A stretch of 64,000 nucleotides of DNA. Origin: a virus. The notes below the pieces were generated by a model. That model was given only the letters and a program-made list of their open reading frames with translations. It did no database searches and was not told the DNA's origin. The position numbers and the translations under genes were made by a program. The DNA lies in the IMG/VR virus record IMGVR_UViG_3300020205_002848, positions 14,561 to 78,560 of that record, one strand, 5' to 3'. Positions within the stretch are counted from its first letter, which is position 1. Each line of letters opens with the position of its first letter. Below are positions 49,383 through 59,035 of this stretch, in pieces.

Positions 49383-49754
49383 CTAAATTATGATATCTAT
49401 ATCTAAATCTTTTATTAACTCATCTGTACCAAGAATAGCATTTATTTTATTCTCTCGCATTCCTTGTAAATTCTTTGACATTATTATTTTATTATCAGTT
49501 ATATACATGTCTACATAACAATCATATCCACAATATGACCCAACTTTAAATATATTAGTTGGGTTAGTAATCGAACATGATGAAAATCTAGAATCAGACT
49601 CTATGATATTAAAAACAAACATAGGCATTATTATAAAATTATAATCATCATTGAGTTTATTAACACTATTATAAATACAAGAAGATTTTAATCTATTCAT
49701 TTCATATTCAGTTTCAACTTGACCAAGTTGTATATTATTTAAATCAATTTTCAT
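49383..49754 (-). CDS. hypothetical protein with RExKI motif
   Basis: MRENKINAILG. Confidence 0.65.
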   Translation of the reverse strand: MKIDLNNIQLGQVETEYEMNRLKSSCIYNSVNKLNDDYNFIIMPMFVFNIIESDSRFSSCSITNPTNIFKVGSYCGYDCYVDMYITDNKIIMSKNLQGMRENKINAILGTDELIKDLDIDIII

Positions 49755-50418
49755 ATAGTAAACTATTAATTTTATCTTCTCTAATCTTTAGAGTATTCTT
49801 TACTCTTACTTTTATGGATTTAAAACTACAGTTATAAACAGGGTAATTAATAATATGTTTATTATCATAAGTACCCTCTTCCATTTTATACTCTAAGTTT
49901 TGTAAAGTCCATACAAGACTTTGTATACTACTGTCTGTTATATAAAAACAAAAATCATCAATCTCATCTTTTATTAAAGGTGAGTAATACCCATATACAT
50001 CACTACTTAGAAATAAAAAACTAAATCCTTTATTAAAGTGACTTGGTAAAAAACGACCTTTTACATTCTTCGTATTAAAGTAATGTCTAAGAGTGAATAT
50101 AGAATTGGAATTATTTGAATAGAAGATATACTTAGGTGAAATTTTATACTTATTCGAAATATCAATTAGAATGTCATCAATATCTGAAATTTTATCTTTT
50201 GAATAAATGACCTCTTCGGAACTATCGATCATTTTTCCAAAGGACCAGTTATAAATATCCTCCATAACTACCTTTATCAAGTCCGCAGAAAATGAAGTAT
50301 GTTTTAAATACAAGTGATTTTGTTTTTTTTCTGAATTAATAACATCACCTGAATATAAAAAATCTACCTTTTCCAATAAATCCTCCAATGTTTTTTTATA
50401 CATTTCTATAGTTTCCAC
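49744..50418 (-). CDS. hypothetical protein with RExKI motif
   Basis: IREDKINSLL; GTG start. Confidence 0.65.
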   Translation of the reverse strand: METIEMYKKTLEDLLEKVDFLYSGDVINSEKKQNHLYLKHTSFSADLIKVVMEDIYNWSFGKMIDSSEEVIYSKDKISDIDDILIDISNKYKISPKYIFYSNNSNSIFTLRHYFNTKNVKGRFLPSHFNKGFSFLFLSSDVYGYYSPLIKDEIDDFCFYITDSSIQSLVWTLQNLEYKMEEGTYDNKHIINYPVYNCSFKSIKVRVKNTLKIREDKINSLLYEN

Positions 50419-50460
50419 ATTATTTTTATTTTTTATTTTATAAAAGTTTATATATAATAA

Positions 50461-51036
50461 ATGAAACGGATTAAACTTTTTGAAGAATTTGAAAATAACT
50501 CGCTTAGTGAACTAATAAATAAACTTAAGAGTTATGATATACCCTGTGATTTATGGGGAACTGGCCAATCTAAAACAGTTAGATATCTATTAAAAGAATT
50601 AGAAGAAAAAGAATGTTATTTAGAAGAAAAAGATGGTTTGATAACTAGATATATCGAGTTTGTCGGTATTAAAGTCTTTTTTAGAAAAGATGATGGTGAA
50701 GTTTTAAAATTAAAAGAGGATAGACAAGAGTTCAATGATGGTAGATCTAGAAAAAGAAATATGCCAAGTTCAGTATCCGAAAAAATGAAAGCCGGAGAGG
50801 ATCCACTTTCTTCAGCTGTTAGAGGAGTAAAAGAAGAATTGGGAATTGACATAGATGAATCTCAATTACAAAAATACAGTGACCTTTATTATGATGGTGG
50901 TTCTCTTTCTTACCCTGGTTTAATTACTAAGTATAAAGGACATAGATATGTTTGTTACTTAACACCTGAACAGTTTGAACCAAATGGTTACGTTGAGATA
51001 CAAGAAGATAAAAAAACATTCTTTACTTGGTCATAA
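50461..51036 (+). CDS. Nudix-like hydrolase
   Basis: KMKAGEDPLSSAVRGVKEELGI; MKRIKLFEEF. Confidence 0.7.
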   Translation: MKRIKLFEEFENNSLSELINKLKSYDIPCDLWGTGQSKTVRYLLKELEEKECYLEEKDGLITRYIEFVGIKVFFRKDDGEVLKLKEDRQEFNDGRSRKRNMPSSVSEKMKAGEDPLSSAVRGVKEELGIDIDESQLQKYSDLYYDGGSLSYPGLITKYKGHRYVCYLTPEQFEPNGYVEIQEDKKTFFTWS

Positions 51037-51073
51037 TCACATTTAATTTTTTTAAAAATTTTTTAAAAAATGC

Positions 51074-51103
51074 TTTGCAATAGATAAAAGTTTATTATAT
51101 TTG
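51074..51103 (+). promoter_or_regulatory. Bacteroidota-type sigma70 promoter TTTG-N18-TATATTTG
   Basis: matches the -33/-7 TAnnTTTG consensus; others at 54394-54425 (-), 55521-55528 (-), 59295-59302 (+). Confidence 0.75.
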
Positions 51104-51144
51104 TATCAGTTAAAAAATTATTAATAAATTAAAAATTAATCAAA

Positions 51145-51357
51145 ATGGGTATTAAAAAAAATGATTTGGGTAAAGTAATTGGACAAGTTGGTGGGTTTCG
51201 TATTCGACAAATTGCTAGTATTGGACGTGTTGGTAACAAAACAGTTACTAAATCAACACAGATTGGTATTTTTGCTGGTAAATCAAAAGTAGAGTTTGGA
51301 TTCAAAACAAAAGAATCCGCTATCGATAGAGCTAAAGAAATTCAAAAAAATAAATAA
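51145..51357 (+). CDS. small basic hypothetical protein (early)
   Basis: ORF directly after host-type promoter. Confidence 0.65.
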   Translation: MGIKKNDLGKVIGQVGGFRIRQIASIGRVGNKTVTKSTQIGIFAGKSKVEFGFKTKESAIDRAKEIQKNK

Positions 51358-51401
51358 ACCTTTTTATTTTTAAATCATATAATTAAAAAAAATTATTTAT
51401 T

Positions 51402-51815
51402 ATGATTGAAAATGGAACAGTAGTTAATGTGAACTATACTGGCAAATTAACAGATGGTAGTGTTTTTGATACATCGGAAGGGAAAGGTCTTTTAAGATTT
51501 GAAGTTGGAACAAACCAAATTATACCGGGATTCGAAAATGCTTTAATTGGTAAAAATGTTGGTGATAAAGTAACCGTGAACATTCAACCAGAAGAAGGGT
51601 ACGGTCCAGTTATGGAAGACCTTTTTGTTAAAATTGAAAAAGACAGAATGCCAGAAGGTGTTGAAGTCGGACAAGCATTACAAGCATCTAATGAGGATGG
51701 TATTAGTAATGTCATTGTAACTGAAGTTAATGATGATTATGTGTTAATAGATGGGAATCATCCTTTAGCTGGTAAAGAAATTATATTTGATATCGAAGTT
51801 GTTTCTTTGGGTTAA
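51402..51815 (+). CDS. slyD: FKBP-type peptidyl-prolyl isomerase (SlyD-like)
   Basis: YTGKLTDGSVFDTS, IIPGFE, PEEGYG, DGNHPLAGK. Confidence 0.95.
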   Translation: MIENGTVVNVNYTGKLTDGSVFDTSEGKGLLRFEVGTNQIIPGFENALIGKNVGDKVTVNIQPEEGYGPVMEDLFVKIEKDRMPEGVEVGQALQASNEDGISNVIVTEVNDDYVLIDGNHPLAGKEIIFDIEVVSLG

Positions 51816-51834
51816 TTATTAAAAACTTTAAAAA

Positions 51835-51871
51835 TAAAAAAAGACTATTCGATTTGAATAGTCTTTTTTTT
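51835..51871. terminator. bidirectional terminator
   Basis: AAAAAAGACTATTC/GAATAGTCTTTTTT. Confidence 0.8.
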
Positions 51872-51876
51872 ATTTA

Positions 51877-52023
51877 TTATCTTCCCTGTCCCTTGTAGGA
51901 TTTTTTATAATGTTTAGCATTTTTACTATTAGAACTTTTCTTTTTTGAATGTACTCCAGGTCTTTTACTTTTAGAGTCTGATTTAACTCCGTTTGTTGTT
52001 GATGTAGTGGGTTTCTTCGCCAT
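51877..52023 (-). CDS. 48-aa highly basic peptide, not in ORF track
   Basis: MAKKPTT...KRPGVHSKKKSSNSKNAKHYKKSYKGQGR; late-like motif upstream, terminator downstream. Confidence 0.7.
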   Translation of the reverse strand: MAKKPTTSTTNGVKSDSKSKRPGVHSKKKSSNSKNAKHYKKSYKGQGR

Positions 52024-52071
52024 AATTATATATTTTTTTCTTTTATATATAAATAAATTAATAAAAAAAAT

Positions 52072-52797
52072 ATGAAAAATGTACTGGTTCTTATTTTTAT
52101 AACAACTTATTTAAATTTATTTTCACAAATAGATGATTCTGTGAAAATATCACTGGATAATAACCTAACAGGGATGTTAGGTACGTCCGAAAGTACACAA
52201 TTTGGTTTAAATTTTTCAGGAAATAACGGAGTTGATTTTAAAAGAATGGGTATAGATCTAACAACCAATTACAACATTGGATATTCAAATGAATTAACAT
52301 CGAGTGAATTGGTACAAAAGGAAAATATTACATATAATAGAAGTAAATCGGATTTATTTTTCACACACCAATTTAACTATTCTTATTTGAGACAGATAAG
52401 AAGTGATAATTCTTTTGGTGTTGGTGTTGGTTTGAAGAAAAAATTAAATAGTGGTAAAATATCATTATCATATGCACTTATATACCAAACAGTAGACTAT
52501 CAATCAAATACATATTCTGATGTATTTAGACATTCAGTTAGAGCTAAATTTGTTTATGAAAATAAATTAATGGGGTTATCATTTGAATATTATTACCAAC
52601 CTTCTATCTTAAAATCAAATGATTATATAATTTACGGAACAACAAAGATGTCAATTAAAACGAAAAGTAAAATAACTTTTATAATACAAGATGTTTTAAA
52701 TTTCAGAAGTATGAGTAGTATTAAAACAATAAACAATTTAACTTTTGGAGTTGGATATCAACTATCAAAAAATTATATTAAAAAACCTACTAATTAG
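52072..52797 (+). CDS. outer-membrane beta-barrel protein (DUF481-like)
   Basis: signal peptide ending LFSQ; alternating beta strands; YYYQPS; C-terminal LTFGVGYQL. Confidence 0.65.
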   Translation: MKNVLVLIFITTYLNLFSQIDDSVKISLDNNLTGMLGTSESTQFGLNFSGNNGVDFKRMGIDLTTNYNIGYSNELTSSELVQKENITYNRSKSDLFFTHQFNYSYLRQIRSDNSFGVGVGLKKKLNSGKISLSYALIYQTVDYQSNTYSDVFRHSVRAKFVYENKLMGLSFEYYYQPSILKSNDYIIYGTTKMSIKTKSKITFIIQDVLNFRSMSSIKTINNLTFGVGYQLSKNYIKKPTN

Positions 52798-52818
52798 ATT
52801 AGTAGGTTTTATTTTAGA

Positions 52819-53166
52819 TTAGTAATCTGATGAAGAATTAAAATTAACTTGAAACCCTCCGGTTTTTGTCCAAGTTTCATCAACTATTCCAGATTCTAAC
52901 CAAGAATCTTCACCTTTCCAAGTTGAGTTACTATACTCACTCCACTCTGGTTCCCATATTTTATTCAACTCATTTAAAGTTTCTTCCCCAAACTCTTCAT
53001 AGATTTCTTCAAGTTCATATCTATTTTCTTCAAGATAAGTTAAAAATTCTTCTTCTCCTTCTCCTTCGAAAGGGACTGATAAGTTTCTGAAATCATCTGG
53101 ATTTAAATTAGCTACTTCGGTCATTTGCCATGAAGTAATTCTTTCACATTTTCTTATTTGATACAT
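52819..53166 (-). CDS. acidic hypothetical protein
   Basis: 115-aa ORF. Confidence 0.65.
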   Translation of the reverse strand: MYQIRKCERITSWQMTEVANLNPDDFRNLSVPFEGEGEEEFLTYLEENRYELEEIYEEFGEETLNELNKIWEPEWSEYSNSTWKGEDSWLESGIVDETWTKTGGFQVNFNSSSDY

Positions 53167-53183
53167 AATTTTTATTTTAAATT

Positions 53184-53384
53184 TTAATCTTCTTCTATTT
53201 CAAAATCTTCTGAGTCATTATCTTGCACATCATCCCATTCTAATTCCTGGTTAGCTGTGTAATCTACCTCACTGAAGAATTTTTCTTCATCATTTTCGAA
53301 CAATTCTGCTTCTTCGTCTGTTAATTCCGCTGAATACTTACATCTTGTTGTGTAAGATTCAAACCATACTAATTTTTTTCCCAT
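53184..53384 (-). CDS. acidic hypothetical protein
   Basis: 66-aa ORF. Confidence 0.6.
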   Translation of the reverse strand: MGKKLVWFESYTTRCKYSAELTDEEAELFENDEEKFFSEVDYTANQELEWDDVQDNDSEDFEIEED

Positions 53385-53425
53385 AATAATATAATTTTAA
53401 TTGTTTGTTTTATAAAAATTTTAAT

Positions 53426-53620
53426 TTATTTAACATTAGTTTTAATTATTTCAATTGTGTCATTTTGATATCCCTCAAATAAGTCTTTCCTGTCTAAAGT
53501 AGCACGACTAACTCCCAATTGATCATTCGTATAATTAGAATATATTTTTCCTAAATTAACGAATACTTCAATTCTCCCTGTTAGCTTCCAACGAATACAA
53601 ATAGCTGTCTGACTTCTCAT
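53426..53620 (-). CDS. small HTH-like protein
   Basis: DQLGVSRATL. Confidence 0.55.
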   Translation of the reverse strand: MRSQTAICIRWKLTGRIEVFVNLGKIYSNYTNDQLGVSRATLDRKDLFEGYQNDTIEIIKTNVK

Positions 53621-53623
53621 AAA

Positions 53624-54376
53624 TTATCTCTCCTCCCAAAGTTCGTTAACATTTAACAATCGGTGCTTTATCCCATCAATTGTGATTGTATCACTTTTGT
53701 GGAAATGACCATAATAATGATGAGTTATGTTACTGTTATTCATTTTAAGAATAGCAAAAGCGTCGGTAACTTGATTACGTTCTATTGTTAAATCATTTTT
53801 CAACTCATTGTCTTTAGTTTTTCTTATAATATCCTCTACAAAAGGTCCAAATCCGAAAGTATTATCTGGTTCACAATAATGTGGCGTTGTATGTGTAACA
53901 ACAATATCTATATCACGGTATTCACTCAATTTATCTCGATCCAAAACAAATGTTTCATCTGGCCACCAACTCTCAACTCCTAAAGTTTGATTTTCAAAAA
54001 CTCCCATTTTCTGTTTGACTGTGTATCGCCAATTGCGGTCAACACTTATCGCCCCACCGATACAAAGAATATTCTTATCACATAAATTTAAAACAGTATA
54101 ATCAGGGACTAGGTGTATATTACTGAAACCAAAGGGGTCATTATCAAAGTGTGGTTTATAATCATGATTTCCTCGAATGGCCCAAACATGAACATTGTTA
54201 TTAACAAGTTGAGTGTGATATAGTTCTAGCATTCGTTTTTCTTTATCTATGCTTTTAAACCCAACACCAAAGTCACCCACTTGAATTATGTGTGTGTCTT
54301 TAATCTCGTGTAATTTTACATATTGGTGAATAATACTGAAAGAACCATGAATATCACCTAAAAACATTAATCTCAT
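53624..54376 (-). CDS. calcineurin-like metallophosphoesterase
   Basis: GDIHG, GDFG, RGNHD, YGHFH. Confidence 0.92.
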   Translation of the reverse strand: MRLMFLGDIHGSFSIIHQYVKLHEIKDTHIIQVGDFGVGFKSIDKEKRMLELYHTQLVNNNVHVWAIRGNHDYKPHFDNDPFGFSNIHLVPDYTVLNLCDKNILCIGGAISVDRNWRYTVKQKMGVFENQTLGVESWWPDETFVLDRDKLSEYRDIDIVVTHTTPHYCEPDNTFGFGPFVEDIIRKTKDNELKNDLTIERNQVTDAFAILKMNNSNITHHYYGHFHKSDTITIDGIKHRLLNVNELWEER

Positions 54377-54504
54377 CTTATAAATTTTGTATACAAATAT
54401 AGTTAAAAATAATTAAGAAACCAAATTATATAATAGTATATCATGATGTTACATGAATAAATATTATTAATTATATTTGTTATATAAAATTTTATATATA
54501 AGTT

Positions 54505-55065
54505 ATGAAAAAAATTAAGGATTTTGAATCCTTTCAAGAAGGTGTTGGAAAAATAACCAATTATCTTAATAGAATATTAAGAAAAGGAGGTGAATTTGCC
54601 TCTAATGTTTGGGAAGCTACTAAAATAGAAGGTAAAGAAACTAGAATAGCCGTTGAGATTTTAGGTAGATTGATAAAAGGTGAAGAAGTCTCTGTTAAAG
54701 AAAAATCATTTTTAAAAGAACAATCAAAAGATTTAGCTAGAATTATTCCACTAGTTGCTATATCAGGAATTCCAATTCCAATTCCAATCACGCCTTTACT
54801 TATAGTTTTGGGTAAAAAATATGGATTTGATTTCATACCTAAAGACCACAGAGGAATTTTAAACAATGAAGTTGAATTAACTCTTGATTTACAAGAAATT
54901 ATAAAAAGCCAACCCGAAAAGGGAATGGGTTATCATATTGTTGACTTAATTTTAAAAAATGGTAGAGTATTAAGTGGTAGAAGAGTATTAAATGGTTCTA
55001 TTTTAATATTAAACCCAGGTGATACACTAAATATTGAAGATATTGAAGATATAATTATTGAATAA
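54505..55065 (+). CDS. hypothetical protein with hydrophobic Pro-rich segment
   Basis: MKKIKDFESFQE; IPIPIPITPLLIV. Confidence 0.65.
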   Translation: MKKIKDFESFQEGVGKITNYLNRILRKGGEFASNVWEATKIEGKETRIAVEILGRLIKGEEVSVKEKSFLKEQSKDLARIIPLVAISGIPIPIPITPLLIVLGKKYGFDFIPKDHRGILNNEVELTLDLQEIIKSQPEKGMGYHIVDLILKNGRVLSGRRVLNGSILILNPGDTLNIEDIEDIIIE

Positions 55066-55078
55066 AAATTTAATATTT

Positions 55079-55516
55079 TTACTTATTCATTAAATATTCA
55101 ATGACACTTGGCCAATTTAAGAATTTAATATCACTGCCAAAGTGAATATGCTCCCCTTCAAATTCGGTTTGTCCATTTTTAGTATCATCATCTATTAAAT
55201 AGTTACCTTTAACCAAAGACTTATCTGGACAAATAATCATATTCTCTAACATAGATTCTCCTAAATATTTTTTAATCCATTGAGCCTTCTCAGTATAACA
55301 ATGAATATTTTTAATAGATGGTCTGGTTAGTATATAAACATCGTATTTTGTTTGTAAAGTTGACATGCCTTCGATAGCTCCCTCTAAAGGTTCCAAATCT
55401 AAAAAGAATCCAATCTTAGAGTGAGGGTATTTAATTGAATAATCACCTCTCTTAAAGGGCCCGATGAAGTCACAAAGTGTGTCATCCATGTCTACATATA
55501 CTTTTTCTCTTTTCAT
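55079..55516 (-). CDS. 5'(3')-deoxyribonucleotidase (NT5C-like HAD)
   Basis: YVDMDDTLCDF, EKAQWI, LIDD. Confidence 0.9.
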   Translation of the reverse strand: MKREKVYVDMDDTLCDFIGPFKRGDYSIKYPHSKIGFFLDLEPLEGAIEGMSTLQTKYDVYILTRPSIKNIHCYTEKAQWIKKYLGESMLENMIICPDKSLVKGNYLIDDDTKNGQTEFEGEHIHFGSDIKFLNWPSVIEYLMNK

Positions 55517-55573
55517 ATTACAAATGTACGGATTATTATATAATGTCCGTTAAAATTGAACGGATTTTTTATT

Positions 55574-55900
55574 TTAATCTCGATTTTCTAAAACAAATTT
55601 AATGTCTTTTATTTTACTTTTTGATTTCTCGTATAAATCTTTGTTAGCAAATTTATTTTTTATAAAGAAAAATACTATGAATGCTAAAACAAAGTTGTAA
55701 AAGTAAAACTTTGATAAAATCGAACCAACTGTAAAAAATAAAACGATTGATGGTGAACAAAATAAAATCATTGAGATTAAGAAAACCAAATACTCATTAG
55801 TGTAAAGTAATAACTTTTCACATCCTGATTTCATTTTTAAAAGTTCGTCTTTAGAATATTCGGAAAACTTGTCTAATAATAATTGGTCTTTGTAATTCAT
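55574..55900 (-). CDS. membrane protein
   Basis: two hydrophobic helices; start placed at ATG 55900. Confidence 0.55.
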   Translation of the reverse strand: MNYKDQLLLDKFSEYSKDELLKMKSGCEKLLLYTNEYLVFLISMILFCSPSIVLFFTVGSILSKFYFYNFVLAFIVFFFIKNKFANKDLYEKSKSKIKDIKFVLENRD

Positions 55901-56005
55901 AACACTTATTTTTTTAATTGTTTTAAAAATATACAAAATTTATAAAAATAAAAAAATGAAATTAAAAATAATTAATTTCATTTTTTAAAATTGTTTAAAA
56001 ATCAG

Positions 56006-56092
56006 CGGAAAGTGTAGGATTCGAACCTACGGTACCTTTCGGTACAACAGTTTTCAAGACTGTCTCGATAAACCGGACTCTGACAACTTTCC
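56006..56092 (-). tRNA. tRNA-Ser(UGA)
   Basis: GGAAAGT acceptor, ACAGT-CTTGAAA-ACTGT anticodon arm, long variable arm, GGTTCGAATCC. Confidence 0.95.
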
Positions 56093-56096
56093 TGGG

Positions 56097-56170
56097 TGGA
56101 GGATAACGGAGTCGAACCGTTGACCCCCTGCGTGCAAGGCAGGTGCTCTAGCCAGCTGAGCTAATCCCCC
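56097..56170 (-). tRNA. tRNA-Ala(UGC)
   Basis: GGGGGAT/ATCCTCC acceptor with G3:U70, CCTGC-CTTGCAC-GCAGG, GGTTCGACTCC. Confidence 0.95.
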
Positions 56171-56263
56171 AAATAATAAATATATATATAATTATTTAAC
56201 TACCTCTTTTTTTATATGATCGTTGATATTAAAAGTTTATAGGGTTTTATTGTATTTTTTATT

Positions 56264-56629
56264 TTACAATTTTGATAAAGATTCAATTTTATAATTTCTG
56301 AACTCGATTTTTGACCAGTCTATAAATTTTTCATCAAACCAAAATACTTTATTTAATTCTATGTGTAAAGTTTCAAAGTCTAAATCTTTTAATTTATAAC
56401 ACCCAAATAAATTAACACCAGCTAACATAAAATCTACATACTTTGTACCATCGCCATGTTTATTATAGGATATACTTATTTCCAATTTACCTAACATTGG
56501 TATAAATGTCTTATAATAAGATGGTACTCTATTGAATACTTTACCATCAATAGTTTCAACCATATAAACACCTTCGTCCTTAAAAAATCCAGTACTCATT
56601 AAATACCTTTCTAAGTCAACGCCTGTCAT
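56264..56629 (-). CDS. hypothetical protein with RxxKI motif
   Basis: EFRNYKIESL. Confidence 0.65.
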   Translation of the reverse strand: MTGVDLERYLMSTGFFKDEGVYMVETIDGKVFNRVPSYYKTFIPMLGKLEISISYNKHGDGTKYVDFMLAGVNLFGCYKLKDLDFETLHIELNKVFWFDEKFIDWSKIEFRNYKIESLSKL

Positions 56630-57171
56630 AGTTCTAAAATGTTATTTAATTTCTCACTACGTCTCAATGTTTTCAACTTAGAAGAAATATCATCGATGAT
56701 TGATTGATAGTGATTTCTACTTTCATCATTCTCATTCTGGTGATATTCGATAATATAATCCCAAAGAAAAATTATAACATCATCAGAAAATTTAGAATCA
56801 TTGTTAATACTTACACTTCCGCCAATTCCGGAATTTAATATATTGAATGATGATAAATATATTTGACCACTATCTCTTACCCTTGATCTAATAATAATTC
56901 CGGTAGGTGACTCAAATTTTACCATCCAGGTTTTTGAATGGTATGATAAATCAGCTTGTACTTCTACTTTCCAACACTCTAACTTTACACTTTCCATTAC
57001 ATCATAAACCAATTTATTCTTTGGATCCAACAACTCATAAGTTGGTTTATCTGGAATAACTTTGAGTATTATACCTTCAGGTTTGGGTTTAAAAATTGGC
57101 TTAATCTTATTAAAAATAAGATAGAAACTTACTATCTGGGAGATAGCTAATAAAATTATAAAAAATGCCAT
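56626..57171 (-). CDS. membrane-anchored hypothetical protein with RxxKL motif
   Basis: N-terminal TM; LRRSEKLNNIL. Confidence 0.65.
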   Translation of the reverse strand: MAFFIILLAISQIVSFYLIFNKIKPIFKPKPEGIILKVIPDKPTYELLDPKNKLVYDVMESVKLECWKVEVQADLSYHSKTWMVKFESPTGIIIRSRVRDSGQIYLSSFNILNSGIGGSVSINNDSKFSDDVIIFLWDYIIEYHQNENDESRNHYQSIIDDISSKLKTLRRSEKLNNILEL

Positions 57172-57192
57172 ATGAATTTAATATATACAGTT

Positions 57193-58206
57193 ATGATTAA
57201 CAAATATAATGAATTTATTTTAGAAAAACAATTTGAGGAAATAATTAGTGATATTTTTAGAATTGTTGAATCAGAAGGTCGAATGACTGGTGATAACACA
57301 TATGAGTGGGATTTCTCTAAAAAGGTTGATGATTCTGATATATCTGATAGAAGTTTAATAAAACTTAAAGAGTTTATTTTAAAACTTTCAAAAGAGCAAG
57401 CTAGAAAGTATTATATAAAACTAATTAATAAACTAAAAAATCTACCAGATAGATTAAGAAGATTTTTAATTATGCACTATACTAGTGTCTTTTTAGGAAT
57501 AGCCTCACTTGGATATCTAACAAATGTGGAAGAGCCTGTTAAGACTGATAAATCATCAACAAAGGTTGAGCAAGAAATAGAACCTTCTGTTAATAGTGAA
57601 ATAATAGAACCTTCTATTAAAAAGGAAATAATAGAACTACATAAAAAATCTTCTTTTGAAGATGCTCAATCAGCAGTAAAAGAAGCTGAGGCTGGTTACT
57701 CTGATGATAGAGATGATACGGGTAACTGGGTTGAAGTTCCTGGATATGGAAAAAGATTTGTAGGTACCAATCATGGTATATCTGCCCCAATTTTACAAAA
57801 ATATTTAGGTAGAATTCCTAAAAGAGAAGATATGGAAAAACTTTCCTATGAAACAGCTCTTAAAATATACAGAAAAGATTACTGGGATGCTCAAAATTTA
57901 GGATTATTATGTGATCAATCTGTTGCAAATATAATATATGATGGGTGTGTTAATCAAGGAGTGGAAGGAATGAGACAAGTTATATCAGATGCTATAAGTG
58001 ATCAAAATATAAAGATATCAGGTGATGTTTATTCCAAAAAGAATATCGGTAAAATAAAATCATCTGATCAAAAAAAGTTATTTAACTCTATTAAAAAACA
58101 AAGAGAGATTAGATATAAGAACGCGCCAACTTGGTATAAACATGGCGAAGGGTGGATGAATAGATTGTCAGGTATAGGATATGAAAATAATAATGATATG
58201 ACATGA
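57193..58206 (+). CDS. GH108-like lysozyme with N-terminal extension
   Basis: EAGYSDDRDDTG...GTNHGIS, IYRKDYW, DGCVNQG, GWMNR; start MINKYNEFILE after late motif. Confidence 0.85.
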   Translation: MINKYNEFILEKQFEEIISDIFRIVESEGRMTGDNTYEWDFSKKVDDSDISDRSLIKLKEFILKLSKEQARKYYIKLINKLKNLPDRLRRFLIMHYTSVFLGIASLGYLTNVEEPVKTDKSSTKVEQEIEPSVNSEIIEPSIKKEIIELHKKSSFEDAQSAVKEAEAGYSDDRDDTGNWVEVPGYGKRFVGTNHGISAPILQKYLGRIPKREDMEKLSYETALKIYRKDYWDAQNLGLLCDQSVANIIYDGCVNQGVEGMRQVISDAISDQNIKISGDVYSKKNIGKIKSSDQKKLFNSIKKQREIRYKNAPTWYKHGEGWMNRLSGIGYENNNDMT

Positions 58207-58799
58207 AATACTTAAAAAAATTTGAAGATATTAAAATTCCAATAAATGTTGGGGATACTATTCTTGGTGGTCGTTTTAAGAACAAGAAGACTCTTGTTAA
58301 AAAGATTGGAAAGAACGCAAAAGGTGATATTACAATTAATGGAAAACCCCTTCTTAAATATAGAATTGTTAAAGAGTCTTTAAGTTCAGAAGTAGATGAA
58401 TATTTAAAACATATAGAAGGTGATGGATTTGAAATATCTACATCAGATTCTAAAAACAATGGTTATGTTTTCCAGAACATAAGAATCTATAAACCAAAAA
58501 GTCAAAGTACTGGATATGAATATTCAAATTGTATAAATTTTGATTATAAAGAAATAGGTGATGAGGTTTATAGATTTTTACAAGAGACGAGTCTCAACAT
58601 ATCTTATTTATATTTAATAAAAGATGGACGTTCAAAAGCTCTTTTCTCTCCGCTTTTAATTAGTGAATTCCCTACTTTTTCTCCATCAGTTATCTCTGAT
58701 GTTACTTCTCGTGTGAGAGAAATTATTTCATTAGAAGATATTTTAAACAACAATGATAATTTCGGCATGATTAAATCAATTTGTATTGGAACTAACTAA
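58203..58799 (+). CDS. hypothetical putative internal head protein
   Basis: MKYLKKFED; VGDTILGGRFKNK module. Confidence 0.7.
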   Translation: MKYLKKFEDIKIPINVGDTILGGRFKNKKTLVKKIGKNAKGDITINGKPLLKYRIVKESLSSEVDEYLKHIEGDGFEISTSDSKNNGYVFQNIRIYKPKSQSTGYEYSNCINFDYKEIGDEVYRFLQETSLNISYLYLIKDGRSKALFSPLLISEFPTFSPSVISDVTSRVREIISLEDILNNNDNFGMIKSICIGTN

Positions 58800-58841
58800 A
58801 CTTTTTTATTCTTAGATATATAAATATTAAATATAAAAATT

Positions 58842-59033
58842 ATGGCTAAGAAATCTAAAAAATCAGAAAGAATAATTAAGACACATATGAACTTCTTTGT
58901 CATTAATGAAGAAGATAAAGTGGATAAAATATTAGTACCTTGTTCAATGGCGCAAAGTTACATCGACACATTCGGATTATTAACTGTTAGAACAAAAGAA
59001 GAAGTTGAAAACTGGTTAAATCAAAAAAGTTAA
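58842..59033 (+). CDS. hypothetical protein
   Basis: 63-aa ORF after AAAC-type motif. Confidence 0.6.
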   Translation: MAKKSKKSERIIKTHMNFFVINEEDKVDKILVPCSMAQSYIDTFGLLTVRTKEEVENWLNQKS

Positions 59034-59035
59034 AT

